Shown one piece after another: positions 31,401 to 40,657 of a stretch of 64,000 bases of DNA; position 1 is the first letter of the stretch, and the number at the start of each line of letters is the position of its first letter. Origin of the DNA: Clostridiales bacterium (GTDB lineage: Bacteria > Bacillota > Clostridia > Christensenellales > UBA1242). The DNA lies in assembly GCA_918262735.1 (NCBI GenBank), contig CAKJYJ010000005.1:211035-275034 (forward strand). The letters run 5' to 3'. A program made the translations under genes and the position numbers. A model generated the notes under the pieces. That model searched no databases, was not told where the DNA came from, and was given only the letters and a program-made list of their open reading frames with translations.

Positions 31401-31617
31401 CTATAAAACGATAGCCTTCCTTTTGAATTGCCTCAATAATAATTGTGTCTCCTAGCCTGCAGTTGTTTTTGCTCTCATATTCAATCTGCTCAACATTGGA
31501 TGTTATTTCAACTGTGTATGTTTTTGGTCCATTTCCCAGTCCAAAAACTAGCCCGGCACCAATGCCAAGCACCAAAATAACTCCTGCAACTAAAAACCAT
31601 ATTCTTTTCATAAACAA
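28423..31617 (-). CDS. Large BspA-type LRR surface protein with N-terminal Listeria-Bacteroides-type repeats
   Basis: 1064 aa with an N-terminal anchor and GYRFIGW / GYTGTP beta-rich repeat modules. More than 20 near-identical repeats follow, of the form SLTSITIPNSVTSIG..AF..CS. Confidence 0.85.
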   Translation of the reverse strand: MFMKRIWFLVAGVILVLGIGAGLVFGLGNGPKTYTVEITSNVEQIEYESKNNCRLGDTIIIEAIQKEGYRFIGWEVNDEIVSDEEKYEITLNEGNVNDEYIAIYEKLTFNITMPTTQTGYTINDINNETFTTMVVEYGDSISFKVELKTGYTGTPVVKNNRQTITADNDVYTISNVTSDVNITITGVKRITYTVTVPSQQTGYTIKNTNNQFFDIASVRYGDSISFIVELEYGYTGTPIVTNEGNDTVTNENGVYTISSVTDNVSILVSGITPEEYTITFQEEVTVTRNNIQLTSGATIYYGDILTLSPTTAPTDGITPVYVINGTETTSNNITVASNVTIEYVKVMNESEYQTLTFTYNESAKTAEVKANSSNKPTGELVIPARVSYNNKIYRVTGIYSTSNFSNGAFYNCSDLTSLIIPDSLISIGSWAFYNCSNLTSITIPNSVTSIGDGAFCNCSSLTSITIPNSVTSIRDSAFKNCSSLTSIAIPNSVTSIGFYAFSNCSSLNGVTIENIESWLNISFTYSSSNPLYYAHHLYIGNNEVTELIIPEGITQIKNYTFYNCSSLTSVTISNGVTSIGNEAFRGCDNLYIVNNLSQLNITVGYSDNGNIASYAHLVISDEEFSTDKIEEIEGVVYYKESANNYHALYVTDKTTTSVTLNENTTNICRYSFYNCSSLTSITIPNTVTSIGDAFYKCSSLTSVIIENIDSWLNISFVDVYSNPLYYAHHLYIGNNEVTELAIPEGITEIKNNTFSGCSGLTSVTIPNSVTNICDSAFNGCSSLTSITIPSGVTSIGSSAFYGCSSLTSITIPSGVTSISSSAFYNCSSLTGSITIPNGVTSIGSSAFYGCYRLTSIIIPNSVTSIGSSAFYDCRSLTGVTIPNSVTSIGDHAFSRCSSLTSITIPDSVTSIGDAVFSRCDNLTSVILGGGVTSIGYWTFQYCNNLTSITIPNSVTSIASDAFQYCRSLTSITIPNSVTSIGDAVFEGCNSLTNVTIPESVTSIWRNIFDGCSSLTSVTFENPNGWFVSSSKNATSGTDVTLTDPSTNATYLKSTYRDKYWKRSA
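28480..30360 (-). repeat. Tandem ~69-nt coding repeats (LRR units) inside the 1064-aa gene
   Basis: Variants of tatgctggttacactatttggtatggttatactggttagactgctgcaa recur roughly every 69 nt. An interruption occurs around 29,400-29,900. Confidence 0.75.
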
Positions 31618-31758
31618 CTCCTTTGTTAAAAAACACTCTACTACTTTTTATTATACAAAATTATTTGATTTTAATCAAATAAAGGTTGCATTTTTTTATA
31701 TCGATTCACACAATGTAAAAAGAAACCATAAACAAATTGATTTCTTTTTATCTAATAT

Positions 31759-32151
31759 TTAATTATGCTTTTTTAATGAAAATATATGAGGTAACAACTC
31801 GCAAAGTGTTTCTTTTATAAATTCTCCTTTGTTATTTGCCATAATAACCTCAATATTTGGGGCAAATTCTGAAAGCACTTGCCTGCAGACGCCACAAGGA
31901 TAGGTGTATTCATCTCCATCACTAACAATTGCTATTTTCTTAAAACTTCTATTGCCAAAACTAATGGCATTAAAAACCGCCGTCCTTTCAGCACAGTTTG
32001 TTGAACCATAGGCAGCATTTTCTATATTACAGCCCAAATACACCTCACCATTTTCACAAAGAAGCGCTGCCCCAACATGAAAATTTGAATATGGAGCATA
32101 TGCTCTTTTTTTTGCTTCCATTGCCAAATTTACCAATTCTTTATCTTCCAT
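31759..32151 (-). CDS. cdd: Cytidine deaminase
   Basis: 130 aa with the zinc motifs CAERTAVFNAI and PCGVCRQVLSEF. Confidence 0.9.
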   Translation of the reverse strand: MEDKELVNLAMEAKKRAYAPYSNFHVGAALLCENGEVYLGCNIENAAYGSTNCAERTAVFNAISFGNRSFKKIAIVSDGDEYTYPCGVCRQVLSEFAPNIEVIMANNKGEFIKETLCELLPHIFSLKKHN

Positions 32152-32238
32152 ATATACTCCTTTTGCTTTATACTACCAAATTATTTTAATTAAATCAAAT
32201 TAAATATGTAATTTACCATAGGGCAACATCAAGTATCA

Positions 32239-32400
32239 TCATAAGAATAAACCCCAAACAAAACCGGAAAGAATGTCCCCTAGTTTTTGGTTTAGTTTAT
32301 CTTTCATTAAAAAGACCACTGAACTTCCGAGCATTGTTCCTAAAAACGGAATAATAAACCCTACAAAAACCTTTATATTGACCTCTTTGGCAAAAATATT
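32239..32400 (-). pseudogene. Remnant of a ZIP-family (ZupT-like) metal transporter gene, N-terminal ~50 codons only
   Basis: The minus-strand frame reads ..KVFVGFIIPFLGTMLGSSVVFLMKDKLNQKLGDILSGFVWGLFL*. This resembles the N-terminus of ZupT-type proteins (..PFLGT.LGA..VF..K......L.GFA.GVM). There is no start codon, and the frame truncates after the second helix. Confidence 0.4.
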
Positions 32401-32723
32401 TCACACTTACTTGTAATTTTACCAACTAGATGGTTTATTGTCAAATAAACACACACCTCTCTATTAAAAAATATTCAGCCATAACACCATAATAGAATTG
32501 ATTTGCTCTCATTATGTGGTTTTTATATATTTTTAATTGAAAAAAAACAACACATAATATTTATGACATTAAAAATCTTAAAACTATTTGAAAAATATTT
32601 TTTTTGTGATACACTATATTGGTTAGTTTGGTGCGAGCAAGAATATTGTTGTGTTTTTGATTAATAATATTCAATGAAATATTGTTGCACCAACACATTG
32701 TTGTAAGTAAAGGGGTTTTAATA

Positions 32724-34673
32724 ATGGCATCAACATATGAAGCAAAAGACATCGTTGTTCTTGAGGGGCTAGACGCAGTTAGGCTTAGACCTGGAATGTA
32801 TATTGGAACAACAGGGCAAAAGGGTTTACATCATCTTTTATGGGAAATCGTTGACAACTCCATTGACGAAATTGCAAATGGTTTTGGCGACAAAATAACC
32901 ATTTCCCTTAATGAAGACGGAAGCGCAACAGTAACCGACAATGGTAGAGGTATTCCTGTTGATATTCATCCAACACTTAAAGTTTCCGCCGTCCAAGTTG
33001 TTTTTACCGAACTTCACGCCGGTGGTAAATTTAACAATTCAAATTATTCATACTCTGGCGGTCTTCATGGGGTTGGTGCATCAGTTGCAAATGCTCTTTC
33101 TGAATGGCTTAATGTTACCGTTTGTAAAAATAAGAAAAAATATTATATGGAATTTGAGTCATATGCTGGCCCAGATGGAAAAATAAAAAGTGGTGTTCCA
33201 AAGGCTCCACTAAAAGAAATTGGCGACACAAACGAGAGAGGAACTTCGGTAACATTTCTCCCTGATAAAAGAGTTTTTGGAGAACTTACATTCGACTTTA
33301 ATATTATTGCAAACAGAGTTAATGAACTCGCATTTTTAAATAAGAATATAACAATTGAACTTAATGATAAAAGATACGGAAAATCACAAATTTTCCACTA
33401 TGACGGCGGAATAAAAGACTTTTTATTATATTTAGATAAGGGTAAAAATCGCCTATTTAGTGAACCAATTTATTTTAGTGCAGAAACCGATATTGTTAAG
33501 GCTGAATGCGCACTTGAATATACCGATGGCTACACTGAAAACTGTTTTAGTTTTGTTAATAATATTCCAACAACAGAGGGTGGAACTCACGAAATTGGTT
33601 TTAAAACCGCTCTAACCAAAGTGCTTAACGATTATGCAAGGGCTCATGGATACCTAAAAGATAAGGATGCAAATTTAATTGGCGATGATTACCGCGAAGG
33701 TCTTTCGGTTATTATTGCAATTAAAATGAAAAGCGTTCAGTTTGAGGGGCAAACAAAAACAAAACTTGGCAATCCAGAAGCAAAAACCGAAGTTGAAAAC
33801 ATAACAACAAAAGAATTAACAAAATTCTTAAATGATAAAATGAATGAAAAAGTTGCCGATGTTATTATTAATAAGGCAAAAGGTGCAGCAAAAACGAGAG
33901 AGGCTGCAAAACACGCCAAAGAAATAACTAGAGCAAAAAATAGTGCGGGAAGTTTTAACCTTGTTGGTAAACTTGCCTCTTGCACAAACCGCAAATGCGA
34001 ACAGAGTGAACTGTTTATTGTTGAGGGTGATTCGGCTGGCGGTTCTGCCAAGATGGGTAGAGATAGAAAATCACAGGCAATTTTGCCACTTCGTGGAAAA
34101 CCATTAAATGCTGAAAAAAAGCGTATTGACCAAGTTTTGGCAAATGAAGAAATACAAACCATTATCTCCGCACTTGAAACTGGCATACAAGAAGATTTTG
34201 ATTTGGATTCGCTTCGTTATGGAAAAGTAATAATTCTTTCCGATGCCGACCAAGATGGTATGCATATTAGGTCAATTCTTTTAACATTCTTCTATAGATA
34301 TATGCGTGGGTTAATAACAAATGGACACGTTTTCGTTGGTCTTCCCCCACTGTATAAAGTGTTTAGAAAGAATTATGAAGAATATGTTTATTCTGATAAA
34401 GAACTCCCAGAAGCAATAGAAAGATGCGGAAAGGGTTACGAAATTCAAAGATATAAAGGTCTTGGGGAAATGAACCCAGAACAGCTTTGGGAAACAACAA
34501 TGGACCCAGACAAACGAACCCTTGTTCAAGTTACCATTGAGGATGCTGCACAGGCAGAAAAAATGGTTACAGTTTGGATGGGTGATAATATTGACGCAAG
34601 AAAAGAATACATAGCCGAACATGCAAACTTTGATAGAGGTGATAAGTTTGCTGATGAATATTCAACTGTGTGA
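32724..34673 (+). CDS. parE: DNA topoisomerase IV subunit B (type IIA topoisomerase ATPase subunit)
   Basis: VLEGLDAVRLRPGMYIG, LHHLLWEIVDNSIDE, the EGDSAGG Toprim and PLRGK motifs. The ATG at 32724 follows AAAGGGG. I call it parE rather than gyrB because the partner A subunit is ParC-like and the C-terminal tail lacks the usual gyrB ..NLDI end. Confidence 0.8.
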   Translation: MASTYEAKDIVVLEGLDAVRLRPGMYIGTTGQKGLHHLLWEIVDNSIDEIANGFGDKITISLNEDGSATVTDNGRGIPVDIHPTLKVSAVQVVFTELHAGGKFNNSNYSYSGGLHGVGASVANALSEWLNVTVCKNKKKYYMEFESYAGPDGKIKSGVPKAPLKEIGDTNERGTSVTFLPDKRVFGELTFDFNIIANRVNELAFLNKNITIELNDKRYGKSQIFHYDGGIKDFLLYLDKGKNRLFSEPIYFSAETDIVKAECALEYTDGYTENCFSFVNNIPTTEGGTHEIGFKTALTKVLNDYARAHGYLKDKDANLIGDDYREGLSVIIAIKMKSVQFEGQTKTKLGNPEAKTEVENITTKELTKFLNDKMNEKVADVIINKAKGAAKTREAAKHAKEITRAKNSAGSFNLVGKLASCTNRKCEQSELFIVEGDSAGGSAKMGRDRKSQAILPLRGKPLNAEKKRIDQVLANEEIQTIISALETGIQEDFDLDSLRYGKVIILSDADQDGMHIRSILLTFFYRYMRGLITNGHVFVGLPPLYKVFRKNYEEYVYSDKELPEAIERCGKGYEIQRYKGLGEMNPEQLWETTMDPDKRTLVQVTIEDAAQAEKMVTVWMGDNIDARKEYIAEHANFDRGDKFADEYSTV

Positions 34674-34813
34674 ATATAAAACCAAATAGAGGCGATGTGT
34701 TGGGGTCCCCGAAAACAGCAGAACTTTGTTCGAAGTTTTTGGGGAGAGGAAGAACCTTGCGTAAAGCAAAGTTTTACAGAGTAAAACGAAGCCAAAAACA
34801 AGCGTTCTGACGA
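34674..34813 (+). other. 140-nt structured insert between the two copies of the parE 3' end
   Basis: Two long imperfect hairpins by eye. The first is CCCCGAAAAC..(GAAC-TTT-GTTC)..GTTTTTGGGG. The second is AGAACCTTG..(GTTTTAC-AGA-GTAAAAC)..CAAGCGTTCT. Confidence 0.3.
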
Positions 34814-34873
34814 GCCGAACATGCAAATTTTGATAGGGGCGATAAGTTTGCTGATGAGTATTCTAATTTGTAG
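34814..34873 (+). repeat. Orphan duplicate of the last 19 codons plus stop of parE
   Basis: 51/60 nt identical to 34614-34673, exactly 200 nt upstream. It would encode AEHANFDRGDKFADEYSNL*, against AEHANFDRGDKFADEYSTV* in the intact gene. Confidence 0.85.
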
Positions 34874-35253
34874 TAACAACAGATTTGTAAGGCAACTCAT
34901 TTGTTTAATTTATGAGTAATTGTGTGATTATGGACGATAAAAATAACGAAGAGGAAGAAAACGTTGTTATTCCGGGGCAAATGTGCTACGACGAGTTAGA
35001 GCCCATCACTTCCCCAGAAGAAACAATCATTCCAAATGAATTAAGTGGGCAAATAAAAATTGAGGATTTGCCGGGTTTTAACAAGAAAAATGTTGGCCCC
35101 AAAAAAGAACCGCAAATTTCAAAAAACTCAGAAACAAATAATAATTCAGAAACAAGAATAAGTTTTAACCTAAATGATAAGAAAAAAGAAGTTAAAACCG
35201 AAACAATATATAAAGAAAACAATATAAAAGAAGAAAAAAATAAGGAGTATCAA

Positions 35254-37686
35254 GTGGCAGAAAAGGAAACAGTTTCGCAAGGTGGAACACCAACAAGAGA
35301 AAGCATATTATATAAGTCATTAGAAGATGTTTTGCATGAATCAATGATTCCATACACCGAACATGTTGTTATGGATAGGGCTCTACCTAGGGTTGAAGAT
35401 GGTTTGAAACCTGTTCAAAGAAGAATTTTATATGCAATGTATGATATGGGCTTAATGCCAGATAAACCATTCAGAAAGTCCGCAACAGTTGTTGGTGAAT
35501 GTTTGGGTAAATATCACCCACACGGTGATACGTCCGTTTATGATGCAGCCGTTCGTATGGCACAAGATTTTTCTTTAAGAGAAGTATTAATTGATGGTCA
35601 TGGTAACTTTGGTTCAATTGATGGTGATGGCGCCGCTGCGTATCGTTATACCGAAATGAAGTTAAAACCCCTTGCCCTTGAACTTTTAAGAGATATTGAA
35701 AAAAACACGGTTCATTGGAGCTTAAATTTTGATGATAGCCGAAAAGAACCAGACACTCTTCCTGGCAGGTTCCCTAACCTGCTTGTTAATGGCGCATACG
35801 GAATTGCCGTTGGGGTTGCAACAAATATTCCTCCTCACAACCTTGGTGAAGTTATTGATGCAGTTGTTGCATATATTGATAAACCATCAATAAACTGCAA
35901 AGGACTTATGAAATACATTAAAGGTCCGGACTTCCCTACTGGAGGAAATATCATTGCAACCGATGAGCTCGAAAAGGCATATGAAACCGGTAAGGGAAAA
36001 ATAACAATAAGGTCAACAATAGATATTGAAAGCGCTGGCGACAAACAATATTTGGTTATTAAAGATGTTCCTTATCAGGTAAATAAAGCGCAACTTCTTC
36101 AAAAAATTGCAGAACTTAAAGAAACAAATAAAGAACGATTATCCGCAATTCAAGAAATTCGTGATGAGTCCGACAGAAATGGTATTCGGGCTGTAATTAG
36201 GCTCAAAAAAGAAGCTAACGCAAAATCAATAATGGACTTTTTATATAAGTCAACCAACCTTCAAACAACTTTTGGTATTAATATGGTTGCAATTGCTGGC
36301 GGAAAACCAAAACAGATGAGCCTGGTTGAAATTATTTCATACTATGTTGAATATCAAAGGCAAGTTGTTTATAGAAGAACAAAATTTGACCTGGATGTTT
36401 GTAAAGATCGTGCCCATATTTTAGAAGGTCTACTTATTGCTATTCAAAACATTGATGAAGTTATAAGAATTATTAAAAAGTCTGAAAGCGTTGCCGTTGC
36501 TAAAACAAAATTGAAAGAAAGATTTTTACTATCTGAAAAACAAGCAGTTGCAATTTTAGAAATGAGGCTTTCTAGACTTGTTAATTTGGAAGTAAATAAA
36601 ATTAAAGAAGAACTTGCTGAGTTAAAACAACGTATTGAAGAATTAACAGAAATATATATGTCTAAAGCAAAACAATATGAGGTTGTTAAAAAAGAAATAT
36701 TAGACATTAAAAAAGAATATAAAACAGCAAGACTTACAAAACTATTAGACCCTAACACAATGGCTGTTGAAGAAGTTGAAGAAGAAGTTATTGTTAAGGA
36801 TTATTATTTAGGAATAACCGCTGCAGAAACCGTTAAGGCAATTCCTGTTAAAAATTACAATCTTTCTGTTAGAGAGGTGGGAGAAAATGCTTCTCTTGGA
36901 GAAATTCATACGGGTCTTCTTAAAATTCAATCAATTGATAGGGTTTTAATATTTACCGACCTTGGAAATGTTTATAAAACAACCGTTTCTCAAATTCCAG
37001 AAGCAAGATGGAAGGAGCGAGGAACAGATTTATATAAACTAGACAAAAACCTAGTTCACGGAGAAAAGCCAATTAAAATTGTTGGGTTAAACCGAGAAGC
37101 ATTTGAACTTGAATCAATCAATATAACAATGATAACCGAGTCTGGCTTAATTAAAAAAACGAAACTTGCCGAATACAACATTGCAAAAAGCGTGTTTGCC
37201 GGAATTAAATTAAAAGAAAAAGATAAGGTTGTTGCCGTGTTTGAAAGTGATGAAAGATATTCAATTGCAATTGCAACAAAGCAAGGTATGGTTCTAAATA
37301 TCGCTGACGATATTGAAACTACCGGCAGAACAACATCTGGTATTAAGGCTATTGCCCTTGATGATAATGACAAAGTAATCTCTGCAATGCAAGTTAAAAA
37401 GAATGGAACTTTTACAATATTAACCAATAAAGGCTATGTTAAAAATGTTTCCGTTGGAGAATATGATATTTCTTCAAGAAATAGAAAGGGTCTTAGAATA
37501 ACCGGCAAAGACACCGGGCACCTATCATTTATTTCTTTTGGTATTGTTCCTCCAAACATTGCCGTTTACCAAGAAGGCAGGGTCGTTTTAATTAAGTCTA
37601 AATATATTCCATACGAAAATAGAATTGGAAAAGGAAAACAAATGTTAAAAGATGAATTCAAAACAGCATTTGAACCACTTGAATAA
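35254..37686 (+). CDS. parC: DNA topoisomerase IV subunit A
   Basis: [36 protein letters not shown] and [11 protein letters not shown]. No GyrA box is present; [15 protein letters not shown] sits where QRRGGKG would be. [10 protein letters not shown] resembles B. subtilis ParC LPDIRWKDLG. The GTG at 35254 is preceded by AAGGAG with 6-nt spacing, but the frame is open upstream to the ATG at 34912 (tracked ORF 924 aa). Confidence 0.85.
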   Translation: MAEKETVSQGGTPTRESILYKSLEDVLHESMIPYTEHVVMDRALPRVEDGLKPVQRRILYAMYDMGLMPDKPFRKSATVVGECLGKYHPHGDTSVYDAAVRMAQDFSLREVLIDGHGNFGSIDGDGAAAYRYTEMKLKPLALELLRDIEKNTVHWSLNFDDSRKEPDTLPGRFPNLLVNGAYGIAVGVATNIPPHNLGEVIDAVVAYIDKPSINCKGLMKYIKGPDFPTGGNIIATDELEKAYETGKGKITIRSTIDIESAGDKQYLVIKDVPYQVNKAQLLQKIAELKETNKERLSAIQEIRDESDRNGIRAVIRLKKEANAKSIMDFLYKSTNLQTTFGINMVAIAGGKPKQMSLVEIISYYVEYQRQVVYRRTKFDLDVCKDRAHILEGLLIAIQNIDEVIRIIKKSESVAVAKTKLKERFLLSEKQAVAILEMRLSRLVNLEVNKIKEELAELKQRIEELTEIYMSKAKQYEVVKKEILDIKKEYKTARLTKLLDPNTMAVEEVEEEVIVKDYYLGITAAETVKAIPVKNYNLSVREVGENASLGEIHTGLLKIQSIDRVLIFTDLGNVYKTTVSQIPEARWKERGTDLYKLDKNLVHGEKPIKIVGLNREAFELESINITMITESGLIKKTKLAEYNIAKSVFAGIKLKEKDKVVAVFESDERYSIAIATKQGMVLNIADDIETTGRTTSGIKAIALDDNDKVISAMQVKKNGTFTILTNKGYVKNVSVGEYDISSRNRKGLRITGKDTGHLSFISFGIVPPNIAVYQEGRVVLIKSKYIPYENRIGKGKQMLKDEFKTAFEPLE

Positions 37687-37814
37687 TTAAATATTAATTA
37701 ATTTCATTATTCGACAAATAAAGGGAAAGAACGAGTTTTTTCCTTTTATTTTTTTATTGAAAATTATATTATTTTATTATATTATTTATTTCGTAAACAT
37801 TAGGAGAATTAATT

Positions 37815-38183
37815 ATGCAAAAACAAGGTATAGATGCATTAAAAAGAATGGCACAAATGGCGAAGAACAGACTTAGAAACAAAGTCAACGAAATGGATAA
37901 TAAAAATGTTAAAGGTAGAGGTAATTTCAGAATTTTGTATGGCTGTAATATTGATATTAAAAGTAAGATTATTATTCAAGATGATATTAAACTCTATGAA
38001 AAAGTTAAAGCAATGTTAGATGAAAATTTGGATATAATTAATCCCATTTCAAGACTTATTGATTACAAAGTTTATAACAAACTTGATGAGCGATTAAAAG
38101 AAAGATATATCTTTGAACTTGTTGATAAATACAAAAAATATAGAGAAAAATACGAACAGGAAAAATTAAAAGAAATTGTTTAG
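37815..38183 (+). CDS. Hypothetical small Lys-rich protein
   Basis: 122-aa ORF preceded by AGGAGAA and followed by a hairpin with a T-run. I recognise no family. Confidence 0.5.
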   Translation: MQKQGIDALKRMAQMAKNRLRNKVNEMDNKNVKGRGNFRILYGCNIDIKSKIIIQDDIKLYEKVKAMLDENLDIINPISRLIDYKVYNKLDERLKERYIFELVDKYKKYREKYEQEKLKEIV

Positions 38184-38373
38184 AATACTTAAATCTTGGT
38201 GCTTGCCAAGATTTTTATTTTTCGATTATAAGATATGTTTCCTTATATATCACCTATACTTTTTTATGTTTTACAAGACGAGTTTACCCCGTTCACATTT
38301 TCTACAACAAAAAATTTATGATATATTTTGAATTTTTGGCCAAATGGTTTATAATACAAACAAGGAGTTAAAA

Positions 38374-39384
38374 ATGGAAACCGCATTAGTAACCGGAGCA
38401 AATGGATTTATTGGGTCACATCTTGCAACCAGCCTTGTTGACAGAGGCTTTATGGTTTATGCCATTCATAGAAGAAAAACATCAAAAAACCCGACCTACA
38501 ACAAATATGTTGAGGATGGCAGAATAAAGGTTTTTCTTGGTGATGTGTCCAATTTCGACACTTCTGCTCTCCCACCAGTTGACTATATATATCACATTGC
38601 CGGCAGGGTTAGCGTTTGGGGAAAGTTGGAAGATTTTAGAAAAATTAATCTAGGTGGAACAAAAAATTTTTTAGAATATGCTAAAAGGTGTAGTGTTAAA
38701 TGCTTCACATATTTGTCTTCAGTTGCGGTTTATGGTTTTTATGGGTATAGGAACATAGCCGAAGATGGCGAAAAAAAGCCATTCAAAAATCCATATAGTT
38801 TAAGTAAGCTTGAAACCGAAACTTATGTTAGGGAATACTGCACACAAAACAACATTCCTTTTGTTATTATTCGCCCCGGAAATGTTTATGGCGAATATGA
38901 CTACACTTCTAGCCACGAAATATACACTAGGGTAAAACGAGAGAAAATGCTAATTAGCGCCGGTGGCAAATATGAAAGTTGTTTTGTTTATGCTGGTAAT
39001 TTGGTTGAAGCAATTGTTCACACATCACAAACCCCTGATGCCAGATGCACCGATTACAATGTTGCTGACAACAACGACACGTTAAAAACATATTTAACCG
39101 ATGTTGCAAATGCTTTTGGGGTTAAACCAAAATTTAAAAATTTTCCTGGACCAATTGCTAGGTTAACAGCATGTTTGGTTGAGGGCTTTTATAAAATATT
39201 TTTTATTAAAAAGGCACCACTTATCACAAGATTTTCCGTTTATCAAAATTGTGCAGATTATAGTTTTAGTATAGATAAATTATTAAAAACCGGATACGCT
39301 CCAAAGTTTACAAAAAAACAAGGAATTGAAAACACTGTGAATTGGATTAGGGGGTTAGATAATGAAAATAAAACAAACAATTAA
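38374..39384 (+). CDS. NAD-dependent epimerase/dehydratase (extended SDR family)
   Basis: METALVTGANGFIGSHL Rossmann motif and a YSLSK catalytic Yxx(x)K region. The ATG at 38374 follows AAGGAG. Confidence 0.8.
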   Translation: METALVTGANGFIGSHLATSLVDRGFMVYAIHRRKTSKNPTYNKYVEDGRIKVFLGDVSNFDTSALPPVDYIYHIAGRVSVWGKLEDFRKINLGGTKNFLEYAKRCSVKCFTYLSSVAVYGFYGYRNIAEDGEKKPFKNPYSLSKLETETYVREYCTQNNIPFVIIRPGNVYGEYDYTSSHEIYTRVKREKMLISAGGKYESCFVYAGNLVEAIVHTSQTPDARCTDYNVADNNDTLKTYLTDVANAFGVKPKFKNFPGPIARLTACLVEGFYKIFFIKKAPLITRFSVYQNCADYSFSIDKLLKTGYAPKFTKKQGIENTVNWIRGLDNENKTNN

Positions 39385-40096
39385 TACTGAATTTTCAGAA
39401 TTAAACAATAACTCGGACAAAACATTTAATTTGGGTTTATTATTTGCAACAATTGTTCTTTTTGTGTATTGTTATTTTGGTTCTTTTAGCTTTTTTGAAA
39501 AAACTTTCACTGGCATACAAAATGTGGCTTATTGGAAAATTATTTATCATAATTGCATGAGTTTTGTCCTTTTCTTTGGACTGGGTGTTTTATTCACAAA
39601 ATTGATTATTAAGGAAAGACTCACTAACTTTGGGCTTGGATTACAAAATAAAAAAGCATTTTTATTCATCTGTTTAATAGCCCTTCCTATTGCTGTAATT
39701 TGTGGGCTAACAACACTTTTAGACCCAGACATGTGCGCAACATATCCACTTGTTGATTTTCACACTTATGGTGAGTGGTATATGGTGCTTGGATACTTTG
39801 TTTCCTACCTTCTATACTACATTGGTTGGGAATATTTGTTTAGAGGCATACTTCTATTTTCTTCAACAAAAAAATGTGGTGCCATGGGGGCAATACTCTT
39901 AACAACCCTTGTTTCCGCATTAATTCACACAAGTATTGGTGCATTTGGAAAACCAATGATAGAAACGCTATCTGCTATTCCTGCGGGTTTAATATTTGGA
40001 TATATTGCTCACAAAACAAAAAGTATATATCCAACCCTATTTATTCATTTTATGATTGGCATTTCAACCGACCTGTTTATATTCTTAATTCATTAG
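39362..40096 (+). CDS. CPBP family intramembrane glutamic endopeptidase (CAAX protease-like)
   Basis: Polytopic membrane protein with IGWEYLFRG (EExxxR-type), SALIHT and FIHFMIG motifs. It overlaps the epimerase gene by 23 nt. Confidence 0.75.
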   Translation: MKIKQTINTEFSELNNNSDKTFNLGLLFATIVLFVYCYFGSFSFFEKTFTGIQNVAYWKIIYHNCMSFVLFFGLGVLFTKLIIKERLTNFGLGLQNKKAFLFICLIALPIAVICGLTTLLDPDMCATYPLVDFHTYGEWYMVLGYFVSYLLYYIGWEYLFRGILLFSSTKKCGAMGAILLTTLVSALIHTSIGAFGKPMIETLSAIPAGLIFGYIAHKTKSIYPTLFIHFMIGISTDLFIFLIH

Positions 40097-40103
40097 AGGT
40101 TTT

Positions 40104-40565
40104 ATGACAAACATTTTAATTGTGTCTGATAGCCACGGCAGAAAAAACTTTTTGGAAGATTTAATAAATTCAAAGAACTACGATTACATATTCTATCTTG
40201 GCGATGGCGCAGATAGAGATATTGGAACAAACATTTACGACCCAAGGTTTATTTATGTTAAAGGAAATTGTGACAACTATTACTCTGACTTTCCTTTAAC
40301 CCAAACATTAAACATTGAGGGGTTAAAAATATTAATCACCCATGGTCATGAACAAAAGGTGAAATATGGTATTGAATATATGTTGAATTTTGCAAAATCT
40401 AAAGGCTACAAACTGGTATGCTTTGGGCATACACATAAACAGGTTTTTATGGAAAAAGATGGCATAGTATTCATCAACCCTGGAGCACTAAAAAATGGTG
40501 ATTATGCAGAACTGATGTTAGATAATAAAACAATTGATTGTAAATTATTAAATATGTTAAACTAA
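40104..40565 (+). CDS. YfcE/MJ0936-family metallophosphoesterase
   Basis: The motifs ILIVSDSHG, GDG, ITHGH and FGHTH occur in canonical order. Confidence 0.8.
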   Translation: MTNILIVSDSHGRKNFLEDLINSKNYDYIFYLGDGADRDIGTNIYDPRFIYVKGNCDNYYSDFPLTQTLNIEGLKILITHGHEQKVKYGIEYMLNFAKSKGYKLVCFGHTHKQVFMEKDGIVFINPGALKNGDYAELMLDNKTIDCKLLNMLN

Positions 40566-40657
40566 ACAAGAAAACAATCGCTTCGCTCTTCTTATTCTTG
40601 CGTGCCTAAACAAAAAAACGCATCACCAAATGCGTTTTTTATTTGTTAAATTGTTTT

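Noticed and set aside
33737-34186. Antisense ORFs within parE/parC (33737-34186, 34311-34622, 36444-36758, 37056-37427).
   Set aside because: They lie opposite strongly conserved topoisomerase coding sequence, so their translations are codon-complement artefacts.
34805-34822. CTGACGAG..GAAC resembling the hammerhead ribozyme CUGANGA...GAAA core.
   Set aside because: There is no room for stem II between the two boxes, and no matching stem I/III or cleavage-site context. The resemblance looks coincidental.
32724-37686. Annotating the type IIA topoisomerase pair as gyrB/gyrA.
   Set aside because: The A subunit lacks a GyrA box and has the ParC-like ..[10 protein letters not shown].. CTD motif, and the B subunit tail is not gyrB-like. 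The parE/parC call is preferred but remains a by-eye judgement.
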